The notes below the pieces were generated by a model. It was given only the letters and a program-made list of their open reading frames with translations, was not told the DNA's origin and did not search any database. Made by a program: the position numbers and the translations under genes. DNA of 18,381 nucleotides from positions 1 through 18,381 of the forward strand of contig JBJKYD010000018.1 of NCBI GenBank assembly GCA_045561295.1, read 5' to 3'. Positions 7,672 through 18,181 of the stretch are shown one piece after another. Within the stretch, counting starts at the first letter, position 1, and each line of letters starts with the position of its first letter. Source of the stretch: Gammaproteobacteria bacterium. Lineage in GTDB: Bacteria > Pseudomonadota > Gammaproteobacteria > GCA-002705445 > GCA-002716945.

Positions 7672-8890
7672 TGTTACTCCTGAGGTTATTGATTCTCTCT
7701 AAAACTGTTGGGTGAGAAAAATAGAATATAGCATAAAATTTATTCGGTATTAAAAATGAAAGATTAGATCTATAAAGTTTCACTAAGGATGATATCAAGT
7801 GTTCTTTTTTAACTTGTTTTGAGGCAAATATGTCCGCTTCATATTCATTTTTTCTTGACAGTCTAGAGAAAAATGGATCAGTAAAAAAACTTATTATTTG
7901 ATAGGTAAAAAATAGAGCTATAAGCTGAGAGCTTGCACTATTGTTTAAATTCAACATTTCAAGATAATTAACATTATTCACGAGTTGTGATATCAGAAAC
8001 ATTCCAATAAAAATCATCAAAGTAGACATTACTAGTGATTTAGTTATGTGATTATGCTTGTAGTGACCAATTTCGTGTGCAAGAACAGCTTTAATCTCTT
8101 TTGGTGAAAGAAGATCAAGAAGTGTATCATAAAAAACTATCCTTCTATTGCTGCTAAACCCAGTGAAGTATGCATTTGGATGCTTGGATCTTTTTGATCG
8201 ATCCATGACAAATAAATTTTCAATAGAAAAATCTGTTCTCTCAGATAAATCTTTAATTTCATCTTTTATATTTTCATTCTGTAATTTTTTGAATTTATTA
8301 AATATTGGTGAAATATAAGTAGGATATATAAACATGCTTATTATAATCACTGAAAACATAGTTAATGACATTAATAACCACCAAAGGTTTTGATAAGCAA
8401 CTATATAGAAAAAAACTGAACTTAACAGAGAAATAATTATAAGTGTTAAAAATAGCGATATTAAATTATCTTTAAAAAATAATAACTTAGTGGACGTATT
8501 AAATTCATACTTGTTCTCGATAACAAAATTAGAATAAAAAGAAAATGGAAGCATAGAAATATGAATAAACAGGAATGTTATCAATATACTTGATAGATTT
8601 ACTAAATATAAACTCAAATCATAACTATTAAGATATTCATTTATATACTTGAATAGCCCAGCTAATAAAAGGACATATATATAGCCAACATAAAAAATAT
8701 TTTTGATTATCGACAGATATAATTTTGAAATATTATACTCACGAGATTTTTTATCATTTTCTTCACTTATATCAAGCAACTGCATTGATTTGCCATCTAT
8801 TTTTGTATTTTTTATAGTATAGATTTGCAACATGTCCAAGGCTAGTTTCGCAGATAGATAAATAAAAAGAATTATGGCTACTTCAATCAT
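7664..8890 (-). CDS. M48 family (Ste24-like) membrane zinc metallopeptidase
   Basis: Multiple TM helices, MDRSKRSKHPNAYFTGF, RIVFYDTLL, AVLAHEIGH (HEXXH), SRKNEYEAD, SHPTVLERI. Confidence 0.93.
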   Translation of the reverse strand: MIEVAIILFIYLSAKLALDMLQIYTIKNTKIDGKSMQLLDISEENDKKSREYNISKLYLSIIKNIFYVGYIYVLLLAGLFKYINEYLNSYDLSLYLVNLSSILITFLFIHISMLPFSFYSNFVIENKYEFNTSTKLLFFKDNLISLFLTLIIISLLSSVFFYIVAYQNLWWLLMSLTMFSVIIISMFIYPTYISPIFNKFKKLQNENIKDEIKDLSERTDFSIENLFVMDRSKRSKHPNAYFTGFSSNRRIVFYDTLLDLLSPKEIKAVLAHEIGHYKHNHITKSLVMSTLMIFIGMFLISQLVNNVNYLEMLNLNNSASSQLIALFFTYQIISFFTDPFFSRLSRKNEYEADIFASKQVKKEHLISSLVKLYRSNLSFLIPNKFYAIFYFSHPTVLERINNLRSNNE

Positions 8891-8936
8891 TTTTTTGTGG
8901 TTTTACTTTAATGCCTAATTATACTAATCTTAGCGG

Positions 8937-9479
8937 ATGAAAGATAGAAGTAACATGATTTGGATTGATCTAGAAATGACAGGTCTAGATACACAGAGAG
9001 ACTATATAATTGAAATTGCTTCTATAGTTACGGATAAGAATTTAAATATACTTGAAGAGGGTCCGAATCTAGTTATAAAACAACCTAATGAGATACTTAA
9101 TGGAATGGATAAATGGAATACTGATCATCATAATAGAAGTGGATTAGTACAAAAAGTTCAGGAAAGCAATATAACTGAATCAATAGCGGAGAAAAAAACT
9201 ATAGAATTTCTCTCTAAGTATGTTATTAAAGGGGAATCACCTTTATGCGGAAACACTATTTGTCAAGACCGAAGATTTCTTGCTAGATGTATGCCAGATC
9301 TTGAATCTTTTTGTCATTACAGAAGTATAGATGTTAGTTCAATACGTGAACTCGGCAAGAGATGGTATTTTGAAGATATGGATAACTTTCAAAAAAATTC
9401 TAATCACCGAGCACTGGATGATATAAGAGATTCTATAAATGAACTACGTTACTATAGAAAAACTATATTTAAGCTTTAG
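8937..9479 (+). CDS. orn: Oligoribonuclease
   Basis: [52 protein letters not shown]. Confidence 0.97.
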   Translation: MKDRSNMIWIDLEMTGLDTQRDYIIEIASIVTDKNLNILEEGPNLVIKQPNEILNGMDKWNTDHHNRSGLVQKVQESNITESIAEKKTIEFLSKYVIKGESPLCGNTICQDRRFLARCMPDLESFCHYRSIDVSSIRELGKRWYFEDMDNFQKNSNHRALDDIRDSINELRYYRKTIFKL

Positions 9480-11073
9480 ATACAATTTTCATAATAAAAT
9501 CTTTTTTAGTATTATTTAACTCAGTAGATTTATTATATTTACAATTAACATTCGGATAATCTTTATTGTAATGGAGGCCGCGACTTTCTTTCCTAGAAAT
9601 AGCGGATTTAGTGATAATTTTAGCTACATCTATGATATTTCTGAGTTCTAGTAAATCTGTACTGATTCGATGAGTATGATAAAATTCATTAATTTCATTA
9701 TCAATAACTATTAATCTATCCATAGCTCTATTTAACATTTTATTAGATCGTAAAATCCCGACATAATCCCACATAACTTTTCTTATCTCGGCCCAATTAT
9801 GTGAAATTAAAATATTTTCATCAGAGGAATCTGAAACATAACTATCGTCCCATAAAGGTAGTTCTTTCTTATTACGAGTTGTTGTAATTTTTTCATTTAT
9901 TTTTTTACAGCACTCCATAGCCATAACCGAACATTCCAATAATGAGTTACTAGCTAATCTATTAGCTCCATGCAAACCTGAGTGTGCCGCTTCTCCGATC
10001 ACATACAAATTAAAACAATCTGTTTCACCCGCAACAGAGGTTTTGACACCTCCACAAGTATAATGTGCTGCAGGAACTACTGGTATTGGTTCTTTAGTAA
10101 TATCTATACCAAGTTCAAAACATCGATTAAAAATATTTGGAAATCTCTGAAGGATATACTCTTTACCTTTAAAAGAGATATCTAAATAAACATGCTTAAA
10201 ATTATTATTTTTCATTTCAATATCAATAGCTCTCGCTACGACATCACGTGGAGCAAGCTCAGCTCTTTTATCATATTTTTGCATAAAGTATTCATTATTA
10301 GGATTAATCAATTTAGCACCTTCGCCTCTTAAAGATTCTGAGATTAAAAAACTTTTATCATCAGTATGATATAAACATGTCGGGTGGAATTGCATGAACT
10401 CCATATTTGAAATTGTACAGCCGAACCTCCAAGCTAATGCTATTCCATCACCTGTTGATGTATTTGGATTTGTTGTGTATTGATAGAGTTTATTCGCTCC
10501 ACCCGTTGCTAGTATGATTATATTTGCTTTAATAGTTATAACAGATTGATTTGATTCATCATATGCATACAAACCATCACAGAGCGTTTCTTTTCTGCCA
10601 ATTAAATCAATAGCCATAATATCTTCTTTTATTGTAATATTTTTATTTTTTTTAGCTTTCTCTAAAAGTGATGTATGTATTTCTTCACCCGTATTATCAT
10701 TGTGATATGCAATCCTTCTTTTAGAATGACCTCCCTCTAAAGTTTGTTGTAATTTAGTTCCATCAGTATTGAAATTAACACCGTGTTTAATTAGAAGATT
10801 AATGCTCTTCCTACCTTGCTTGATTATTCTTGTGACAGATTCTAGATTGCATATATCATGGCCATTTATAATCGTATCACTAACATGCGCATTAATATCA
10901 TTATTGTCCATAGCAGCAGCTATTCCTCCCTGAGCCCATGATGTTGAACATTTATTTGTACGCGATTTTGTTAGCATGGTTACAGAATATGTTTTGGATA
11001 GTTCAATTGCTGATAATAGCCCGGAGATTCCTGTTCCAACTATTAAAACTTCAGTATTTAGCCTTGTATTCAT
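9469..11073 (-). CDS. nadB: L-aspartate oxidase
   Basis: FAD motif [79 protein letters not shown]. It is divergent from rpoE as in other Gammaproteobacteria. Confidence 0.96.
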   Translation of the reverse strand: MNTRLNTEVLIVGTGISGLLSAIELSKTYSVTMLTKSRTNKCSTSWAQGGIAAAMDNNDINAHVSDTIINGHDICNLESVTRIIKQGRKSINLLIKHGVNFNTDGTKLQQTLEGGHSKRRIAYHNDNTGEEIHTSLLEKAKKNKNITIKEDIMAIDLIGRKETLCDGLYAYDESNQSVITIKANIIILATGGANKLYQYTTNPNTSTGDGIALAWRFGCTISNMEFMQFHPTCLYHTDDKSFLISESLRGEGAKLINPNNEYFMQKYDKRAELAPRDVVARAIDIEMKNNNFKHVYLDISFKGKEYILQRFPNIFNRCFELGIDITKEPIPVVPAAHYTCGGVKTSVAGETDCFNLYVIGEAAHSGLHGANRLASNSLLECSVMAMECCKKINEKITTTRNKKELPLWDDSYVSDSSDENILISHNWAEIRKVMWDYVGILRSNKMLNRAMDRLIVIDNEINEFYHTHRISTDLLELRNIIDVAKIITKSAISRKESRGLHYNKDYPNVNCKYNKSTELNNTKKDFIMKIVSKA

Positions 11074-11098
11074 ATACTATAAAATATCACAATGTGTA

Positions 11099-11677
11099 AT
11101 GACTAGAAATATTATTATTAATGACGATGATCAAATTATTCAGGAATGTTTATCTGGCAATACCGATGCATATAAAAATCTAGTAGATAAATATCAAATC
11201 CGGGTAATCAATACATGCTATAAGTATACAAAAAACATCAATGATGCAGAAGACGTAGCTCAAGAAGTATTTTTAAAAGCATTTCAAAGCCTCTCAAACT
11301 TTAAATTTGACAGTAAATTTTACTCATGGATTTATAGAATTGCTGTAAATACGAGTCTTAATTATATAAATTCTAAAGAAAAGCGTAATGAAAAAGAAAC
11401 TATTTCCGAAGAAAATTGTCTAAATGAGGTGAATGTATCAAATGATAACCCAAAGGAGTATTATCAATTAAATGAGTTGATTGATAAAATACAGCCATTG
11501 ATAGATAAGCTACCCAAGGATCTTAGTGAATTGATAATGCTATATGAAATTAAAGACTTGACGTATGAGGATATTTCTAAGAAATTGGAAATACCAATTG
11601 GCACAGTTCGTTCCAGGTTGCATAGAGCAAGAAACATGTTAATCTCTGAATTCAGAAGCGTGAGTAATGATGAATAA
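11099..11677 (+). CDS. rpoE: ECF sigma factor RpoE/AlgU
   Basis: DAEDVAQEVFLKAF, FYSWIYRIAVNT, YEDIS..LEIPIGTVRSRLHRAR. The start is placed at ATG 11099 because the track's start at 10976 overlaps nadB. Confidence 0.92.
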   Translation: MTRNIIINDDDQIIQECLSGNTDAYKNLVDKYQIRVINTCYKYTKNINDAEDVAQEVFLKAFQSLSNFKFDSKFYSWIYRIAVNTSLNYINSKEKRNEKETISEENCLNEVNVSNDNPKEYYQLNELIDKIQPLIDKLPKDLSELIMLYEIKDLTYEDISKKLEIPIGTVRSRLHRARNMLISEFRSVSNDE

Positions 11678-12020
11678 TAACTATAAAATATTTGGGCTAA
11701 TTGTTAGTTTGATGAGAAATGACAATCCACCTGAAATATCAAAAGATTTTTCAGAAAATGTTATGCAAAAGATATCAACAAATAAAAAGTCTCTAGATAC
11801 TAACTATAACAATCTCCTAAAAATAGCGGCATCAGTCTTTTTTGCAGTTATTACTGCTTATAGCTTAATTAGTTTTGAACGATCAGAGACAAATGTTGTT
11901 TCAGTGGACATAATTGAAGATACAAACGATAATACAGAATTGATTAAACGAGTAAAAGATGATTCGTCTTGTGTTAAGACTGAAAAAAATATTGAGAAAA
12001 TTAATGACAATTGTAAATAA
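11667..12020 (+). CDS. rseA: Short anti-sigma factor, RseA/MucA-like
   Basis: Directly after rpoE. LIVSLMR...DFSENVMQKI resembles the distal part of RseA_N, followed by one TM (IAASVFFAVITAYSLI) and a short acidic tail. Confidence 0.6.
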   Translation: MMNNNYKIFGLIVSLMRNDNPPEISKDFSENVMQKISTNKKSLDTNYNNLLKIAASVFFAVITAYSLISFERSETNVVSVDIIEDTNDNTELIKRVKDDSSCVKTEKNIEKINDNCK

Positions 12021-13413
12021 TATAAAATTCATACTAGCTTTATTTTCACTATTTCTCTTTAATTTGGCTATCGCAGAGTCCTCTCCTGCATATCCGAACT
12101 TTACCGAGATAGTTGAAAAGAACATGCCTGCAGTAGTTATTGTAAACGCAAGTAGATCTAGTAACGCAACTAATAGCAACAATCAATTTCAAACTCCACC
12201 TGGTATGCCCGATGAGTTTAATGACCTTTTTAAAAAGTATTTTGATGAAAGAAACAATCAACCTAAGAGAAGTCAACCTAGCTCTGGATCAGGATTCATT
12301 TTATCTAGCGATGGATACATAATGACTAATCATCATGTTGTGAATGGAGCTGATAAAATAAATATTATCACTAATGATCAGACTTCTTATGAGGCTAATC
12401 TAATTGGTTCGGATAAGAGAAGCGACTTAGCATTACTCAAAGTTGAGGCCACTAACTTACCTGTTGTAAAGATTGCTTCATTTGATAATGTCAAATTAGG
12501 TGAGTGGGTACTTGCGATTGGCTCGCCTTTTGGATTTAACCAAACTGTTACTGCAGGAATTGTTAGCGGAAAACAAAGAAAACTAGCTGGCGATAATTAT
12601 GTTCCATACATACAAACTGACGTTGCTATTAATCCGGGTAACTCTGGCGGCCCATTGTTTAATCTTTCTGGAGAAGTAATTGGCGTCAATGCACAAATTT
12701 ATAGTCGAACTGGTGGATTTATGGGCGTTTCGTTTGCTATACCTTCTGATACTGTTAATGACGTATTCTATCAATTGAAAACTAAAGGTAAAGTAAGCAG
12801 AGGTTGGTTAGGCGTATATATTCAAGAAATTGATGATAAATTAGCTAAAAGTTTTGGTCTAGAAAAAGCAAGAGGAGCATTGGTAAGTAAAATATTACCG
12901 GACAGTCCGGCAGAGAAGGCTAAATTCAAACAGGGTGATGTTATATTAAAATTTAATGACAATGAGATAAAGAAATCAACTGACCTTCCCTTAATAGTTG
13001 GACAATCAGAAGTTGGTAAATCGTTTCGAGTACAAATTATTAGAAATAAGTTGATAACCAATTTATCTGTTACTCTTGAGGAATTACCTACAGAAGAAAA
13101 AATTGCATCTATAGGAACAAAAAAAATCACTTCAAATTCCTTTTCTGGAATATCTGTAAGAAACTTAAGTCCACAAGATATTAAGTCGTTTGAGATAAAG
13201 TCTGGCGTCATCGTCACGAATGTAAATGATAATATTAATAATAACTTTGATATAAAAGCAAATGATGTGATTACTAAGATAAATAATACTATTATTAACA
13301 ACGTAGATGATTTTTCAAAAATTATGTCAAAATCTAAAAATAATACTTATGTAAACTTATTAGTTTATAGACAATCTACTCCTTTATATATTGCACTAAA
13401 AATCTCTAAATGA
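12004..13413 (+). CDS. mucD: Periplasmic Do/DegQ family serine protease (MucD/DegP-like) with two PDZ domains
   Basis: Signal peptide from ATG 12004, GSGFILS, TNHHVV, SDLALLK, IQTDVAINPGNSGGPLFN, RGWLGV. Its position between rseA and lepA matches mucD. Confidence 0.9.
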   Translation: MTIVNNIKFILALFSLFLFNLAIAESSPAYPNFTEIVEKNMPAVVIVNASRSSNATNSNNQFQTPPGMPDEFNDLFKKYFDERNNQPKRSQPSSGSGFILSSDGYIMTNHHVVNGADKINIITNDQTSYEANLIGSDKRSDLALLKVEATNLPVVKIASFDNVKLGEWVLAIGSPFGFNQTVTAGIVSGKQRKLAGDNYVPYIQTDVAINPGNSGGPLFNLSGEVIGVNAQIYSRTGGFMGVSFAIPSDTVNDVFYQLKTKGKVSRGWLGVYIQEIDDKLAKSFGLEKARGALVSKILPDSPAEKAKFKQGDVILKFNDNEIKKSTDLPLIVGQSEVGKSFRVQIIRNKLITNLSVTLEELPTEEKIASIGTKKITSNSFSGISVRNLSPQDIKSFEIKSGVIVTNVNDNINNNFDIKANDVITKINNTIINNVDDFSKIMSKSKNNTYVNLLVYRQSTPLYIALKISK

Positions 13414-13414
13414 T

Positions 13415-13442
13415 TTGATGTTTTAAGCCTCTAATATATTAT
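13415..13442 (+). promoter_or_regulatory. Possible sigma70 promoter for lepA
   Basis: TTGATG (13415-13420), a 16-nt spacer, then TATTAT (13437-13442), 9 nt before the ATG. This would give a very short leader. Confidence 0.3.
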
Positions 13443-13451
13443 AGAGCAATA

Positions 13452-15239
13452 ATGAACATCCGAAATATTGCCATAGTCGCTCACATAGATCATGGTAAAT
13501 CCACACTTGCTGATCGCCTCATAGAAAAGTATGGAGATATCAGTTCTCGAAAGATGAAAGAGCAAATTTTAGATTCTATGGATTTAGAAAGAGAGCGTGG
13601 AATTACAATCAAAGCACAAACTGTAAGTCTGAATGCCTCCTATATGGGAGATAACTACAACATCAATATCATCGATACCCCAGGACATGTTGATTTCTCA
13701 TATGAAGTCTCTAGATCTTTATCAGCTTGTGATGGCGTAATGCTATTAGTAGATGCAACACAAGGACTTGAAGCCCAAACAATTGCTCACTTTAATATGG
13801 CAAGAGAGCTGAATCTTGTAATTATACCTGTCATAAATAAGATTGATTTACCATCGGCAGATGCTAATGCTGTAAAAAAGGATTTATCTGAACTACTGGA
13901 TATTAATGAAAATGAGATATTGAGCGTTAGTGCCAAATCTGGCTTAGGAGTGGAAGATCTAATTGAAAGAGTTATTATTGATATTCCGAAACCAAAAGGT
14001 TCAATGAGTAATGATCTAAAAGCTTTTATCATTGATTCATGGTTTGATAACTATCTTGGAATTGTCGTACTTATTAAAATAATCGATGGGTCAATAAGTA
14101 TTAAAGATAAAATTAAAGTTTTTTCTAATAAAAGAGAATTCCTTGTGGACAAACTTGGAACTTTTAATCCAACGATGACAAATTTATCAAAATTATCATC
14201 TGGGCAGGTTGGATTTATGATTGCATCAATCAAAACACTCGATTCAGCACCTGTTGGTGATACTATTGTCCTTGCAAAAAATAATACCTCAGTACCGTTG
14301 CCTGGATTCAAAAAAATACAGCCGCGAGTATATTCTGGATTTTATCCTGTTGATTCTAATGATTATCAAGAATCCAAAAAAGCACTAGATAAATTATCTT
14401 TGAATGATAATTCTTTTACATATGAGCCTGAAAGCTCACAGTCATTAGGACATGGATTTAGATGTGGGTTTCTAGGATTATTACATATGGAGATTATTCG
14501 TGAACGCGTTCAAAGAGAGTATAATCTTGAATTTTTGATGACTGTCCCATCCGTTACATATCGAGTAGAAAATAAAAAGGGTGAGGTTAATGACATTAGA
14601 AAACCAAGTGATTTACCAAATGATAATAGTATAAAGTGTTACTATGAGCCAATAGCACTTATATCAATTGTTACTCCTGCAGAATATCTAGGTTCTGTTA
14701 TTGAGCTTTGCACATCAAAAAGAGGCACTCAAAAGGATTTAATCTACAGATCTAATATGGCTGAAATTAAGTACGAGATACCTCTTTCTGAAATAATTTA
14801 TGATTTCTTTGATACACTTAAGTCCGCATCAAAAGGCTATGCGTCTTATGATTACGATATAATAGACTATAGAGAAAGTAGTATGATTAGGCTTGATATA
14901 CATGTAAATAAGAAAAAAATAGATGCTCTGTCTCAAATATTACATAAAGATAATTCATATCGTAGATCTAGGGAACTGATCGATAATCTTAAAAAATTAA
15001 TACCTAGACAAAGTTTTGAGATAACAATTCAAGGATGTGTTGGCGCTAAAATTCTATCATCAACTTCTATTAAGGGTTATAGAAAAGATGTTACTGCAAA
15101 ACTCTATGGGGGAGATGTTACGCGAAAAATGAAGCTCCTAAAAAAACAAAAAGAGGGTAAGAAAAAAATGAAGAAAATAGGCAATGTTGAAATACCCAGA
15201 GAGGCCTTCTATAAATTCTTATCAACAAACGAAGAATAG
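13452..15239 (+). CDS. lepA: Elongation factor 4 (LepA)
   Basis: AHIDHGKSTLADR, ERERGITIKAQ, DTPGHVDF, NKID, GFRCGFLGLLHMEI, RKDVTAKLYGGDVTRKMKLL. Confidence 0.98.
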   Translation: MNIRNIAIVAHIDHGKSTLADRLIEKYGDISSRKMKEQILDSMDLERERGITIKAQTVSLNASYMGDNYNINIIDTPGHVDFSYEVSRSLSACDGVMLLVDATQGLEAQTIAHFNMARELNLVIIPVINKIDLPSADANAVKKDLSELLDINENEILSVSAKSGLGVEDLIERVIIDIPKPKGSMSNDLKAFIIDSWFDNYLGIVVLIKIIDGSISIKDKIKVFSNKREFLVDKLGTFNPTMTNLSKLSSGQVGFMIASIKTLDSAPVGDTIVLAKNNTSVPLPGFKKIQPRVYSGFYPVDSNDYQESKKALDKLSLNDNSFTYEPESSQSLGHGFRCGFLGLLHMEIIRERVQREYNLEFLMTVPSVTYRVENKKGEVNDIRKPSDLPNDNSIKCYYEPIALISIVTPAEYLGSVIELCTSKRGTQKDLIYRSNMAEIKYEIPLSEIIYDFFDTLKSASKGYASYDYDIIDYRESSMIRLDIHVNKKKIDALSQILHKDNSYRRSRELIDNLKKLIPRQSFEITIQGCVGAKILSSTSIKGYRKDVTAKLYGGDVTRKMKLLKKQKEGKKKMKKIGNVEIPREAFYKFLSTNEE

Positions 15240-15240
15240 A

Positions 15241-15969
15241 ATGGATTTTACATTTATACTTGTCGTACTTACATTATTTACTGGAATATTTAGCCTTTTT
15301 AAAATTAATAAACCTGTAATTTCTCAGATATCAGAATTCTCATCATCTATATTTCCAGTTTTATTCGTTGTACTTTTAATTAGATCTTTTTTTATTGAAC
15401 CTTATAAAATCCCTTCAGGATCTATGATACCAACATTAATGATTGGAGATTTTATTTTAGTTGATAAAAATATATATGGATATAAACTTCCACTAACAAA
15501 CTATACTTTAATCGAAAATGAAACACCTAAACGAGGTGATGTCATAGTGTTTAAATATCCAGAAAATAAAACTATAAACTATATTAAGCGAGTTATAGGT
15601 ATCCCTGGTGATTTAATTGTCTACAAAGACAAAACCCTGTTTGTAAACGGAAATAGATATAATCAAACAAAGATAAGCCATAACTTTGATCCAATAGAAA
15701 TTGCTAATGGCACTGTTTCATACGAGCAAAATGAATTTAAGGACTATCTCATTCTTAATCAAAACGAATCAACATTTAACTTTAAGTATAAAGTCCCGCC
15801 TAAATCTTACTTTGTTTTAGGCGATAATCGAGATAACTCGAATGACAGTCGTTTCTGGGGACCTGTCCCAGAGGAAAATCTTGTTGGCAAAGCGTTTTAT
15901 ATTTGGATGTTTTGGAACTTTGATAGTTATTATAATTTTTCTGATAGGGTAGGTAATTATATTGAATAA
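15241..15969 (+). CDS. lepB: Signal peptidase I
   Basis: IPSGSMIPTL (Ser), RGDVIVF, YIKRVIG (Lys), GDNRDNSNDSRFWG. The start is placed at ATG 15241, just after the lepA stop. Confidence 0.96.
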   Translation: MDFTFILVVLTLFTGIFSLFKINKPVISQISEFSSSIFPVLFVVLLIRSFFIEPYKIPSGSMIPTLMIGDFILVDKNIYGYKLPLTNYTLIENETPKRGDVIVFKYPENKTINYIKRVIGIPGDLIVYKDKTLFVNGNRYNQTKISHNFDPIEIANGTVSYEQNEFKDYLILNQNESTFNFKYKVPPKSYFVLGDNRDNSNDSRFWGPVPEENLVGKAFYIWMFWNFDSYYNFSDRVGNYIE

Positions 15970-16638
15970 CACTGATGAAAATAATATTACTAAGTTAATT
16001 AGCAATGCATTTAGTTACAAAGTCTGTAATGTACATTATTTTTCCTCAGCTCTTACTCATAAAAGTACCTCTAAAGATAATTACGAGAGATTAGAGATTT
16101 TAGGCGATGCCGTATTACAACTTGTAATAACAGAGTTATTATTTGCAAAAGTATCCTGACTACATAATGAAGGTCAAATTACAGTCACAAGACAGAATCT
16201 AGTAAATTCGAAAAACCTTGAAAAAATATTCCTTTCATTGAAGCTAGAGAAAATATTTAAAGAAATAAATCCTGGCTTTGTCTAAAGGTCATGTATATTC
16301 AGATATTTTCGAAGCCCTTATTGCAGCAATCTATCTAGATAGTGATTATGAGACTGTCAGAGGATGCTATACATGATCTTTTTGTACCCTTATGCTATCA
16401 GATAATCTGTCTCAAAAAGACTCAAAGACACTTCTTCAAGAGTATATGCACTCAAAACAACTATCGACTCTACCTACGTATAGCACGGCACATACTAAAC
16501 ACTCAAGATATAAATATTTAGTAACATGTGAAATATCTGACTCTAAATATCAAAGAATCACTGCAAGCAAATAAAGTAAAACCAGCAGAGCAAGAATTAG
16601 CTCATGCTATTTTAAACAGATTATATGAAAAAAGTTAA
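15962..16638 (+). CDS. rnc: Ribonuclease III, broken by several apparent indels (probably sequence errors)
   Basis: ALTHKS, signature NYERLEILGDAVL, then in shifting frames YPD, EGQITVTRQNLVN, SDIFEALIAAIYLDS, dsRBD KDSKTLLQEY and AEQELA. Stop TAA at 16636-16638. Confidence 0.85.
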
Positions 16639-17503
16639 AGTACTAATAGTAGGTAAAAGCAATGTTGGAAAATCATCTCTGATAAATTATTTCTCTAATA
16701 AACATTCTGCAATAGTATCTAATAAACTACATTCTACAAGAATATCTACTTCACACATAATCGACTATAACAATGTTCATATAGAGTTTATTGATACACC
16801 AGGTGCATCTATTAACGATACCAATCTACTCTCGAAAGCTATGAAAAGCAATGCATCAAAGTATATGACTAATGCCGATATAATAATATTACTCACCCAG
16901 CCTCAAGAAAAATATGATTATGAAATAAAAATTAAGAGACCAAATTATAGAATGTAATAAAAAATATATTTTATGTGTAAATAAAATTGATCTAGATTAC
17001 TTCTGGCCAATACAAGGATAATCTATGTATGTATCATTGGGTGTAAAGGACGCATCTTTTGTTTCTGTGACAGAGTCTATTGGTATTGACTCACTTTATA
17101 CTTTAATTAAGGATACGATTATCAGTGGAGGCATAGAGGGTACCGAAAAGATTATAATAATGACAAGAAATAATATAAATATAATTCAAGAATTAATTAG
17201 AGAATCTATAATCAATCGTACTAATAAAGAGTTGCCTTATGAAACAGCTGTTCACATGTATCAGACTATAAGGAACAGACTAGGAGTGACGTTATTAAAG
17301 CAGATATAATAGTGTCCAAGGACAATCATAAAAAAATTATTATTGGCAAAAAAGGAGCAATGATCAAAAATATTGGCATTGAAGCTCGCGAGCTAATTGA
17401 ACTATACCTTGGCAAAAAAATCCATTTGTCATTATTTGTCGTGGTAAAAGATAATTGGAAAAATAATCCCACTGTTCTCAAAGATATTGGCTATATTGAA
17501 TAA
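16625..17503 (+). CDS. era: GTPase Era, broken by several apparent indels
   Basis: GKSNVGKSSLIN, IVSNKLHSTR, FIDTPG, NKID (about 16980, between the called ORFs), ELIRE..KELPY, KKIIIGKKGAMIKNIG, LSLFVVVKDNW. Confidence 0.88.
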
Positions 17504-17507
17504 ATGA

Positions 17508-18181
17508 ATGTTTCGCATAGCTGGTTTTCTTATACATGCAAGAAAGTACAAAGAGACGAGCACTATAATTCATGTCTTTTCACGACACAAAGGGATTGAA
17601 TCACTTATATTTAAAGGTAGCTTCACAAATAAAGATAAATTTAAATTCTCATTATTCAACGAGTATTTATTTAGTTACAACGATAAGTATAGCTTTCCAT
17701 ATCTATCAAAATTTGAGATCATCAATTCATTCCCATTTGATAAAAAATATTACTTATTAGGTCTTTATGTTAATGAATTATTGTATACAAGACAATGAGA
17801 GAAGGTTATGATTATGAAAAAATCTATGAATATTACAAAAGCTTCCTTGTTCACTTATCAAATTCTTCAAGTAGTCCAAAAAGGCTTGCATTAGTTTTTG
17901 AAAAAAGTTTCATTGATAATCTGGGGTACGGACTCTACATGCTAAATGATAAAGATATTAACGACAACGCTATTATATATGCTATGATTTTGATGAAGGC
18001 TTTAAGATTTCAGATTCAGCACAAAACAAGTATTCATTACCCGGCACGGGCATTGAAGACAATTTTTTTCAAATACGCTCGAGGATAACAGCTCACATAG
18101 ATATTATTAGGCTAAGTCATCAAAAGGATATTAAATAGGCATTATGAAAACATCAATCTTATGGGTGATGAGTTATTTTAG
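17508..18181 (+). CDS. recO: DNA repair protein RecO, broken by apparent indels
   Basis: GFLIHARKYKETSTIIHVFSR, LLGLYVNELL, FEKSFIDNLGYG. It follows era, and the terminal frame ends at TAG 18179-18181. Confidence 0.8.

Noticed and set aside
11046-11074. SigmaE-type autoregulatory promoter (AAACTT...TCATA) upstream of rpoE
   Set aside because: Both boxes are imperfect and the 18-nt spacer is longer than the usual 16.
10976-11098. N-terminal extension of RpoE in the ORF track (likewise 11959-12003 for mucD, 15184-15240 for lepB and 4152-4175 for the cupin)
   Set aside because: These extensions overlap neighbouring genes and lack family similarity. Downstream ATGs fit better.
16157-16159. In-frame TGA in rnc followed by an in-frame RNase III continuation (LHNEGQITVTRQNLVN), suggesting readthrough or TGA recoding
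   Set aside because: The conserved YPD lies in a shifted frame across this spot, which points to compensating indels. TGA is a normal stop elsewhere (2673, 4844, 6712, 13413) and Trp is encoded by TGG.
4184-17760. Shadow ORFs (4184-4390, 5224-5493, 6194-6793, 9982-10185, 11901-12182, 12049-12276, 12583-12774, 12822-13301, 13787-14032, 14051-14311, 15817-16005, 17572-17760)
   Set aside because: They are antisense or alternate-frame to well-supported genes and have no recognisable motifs.
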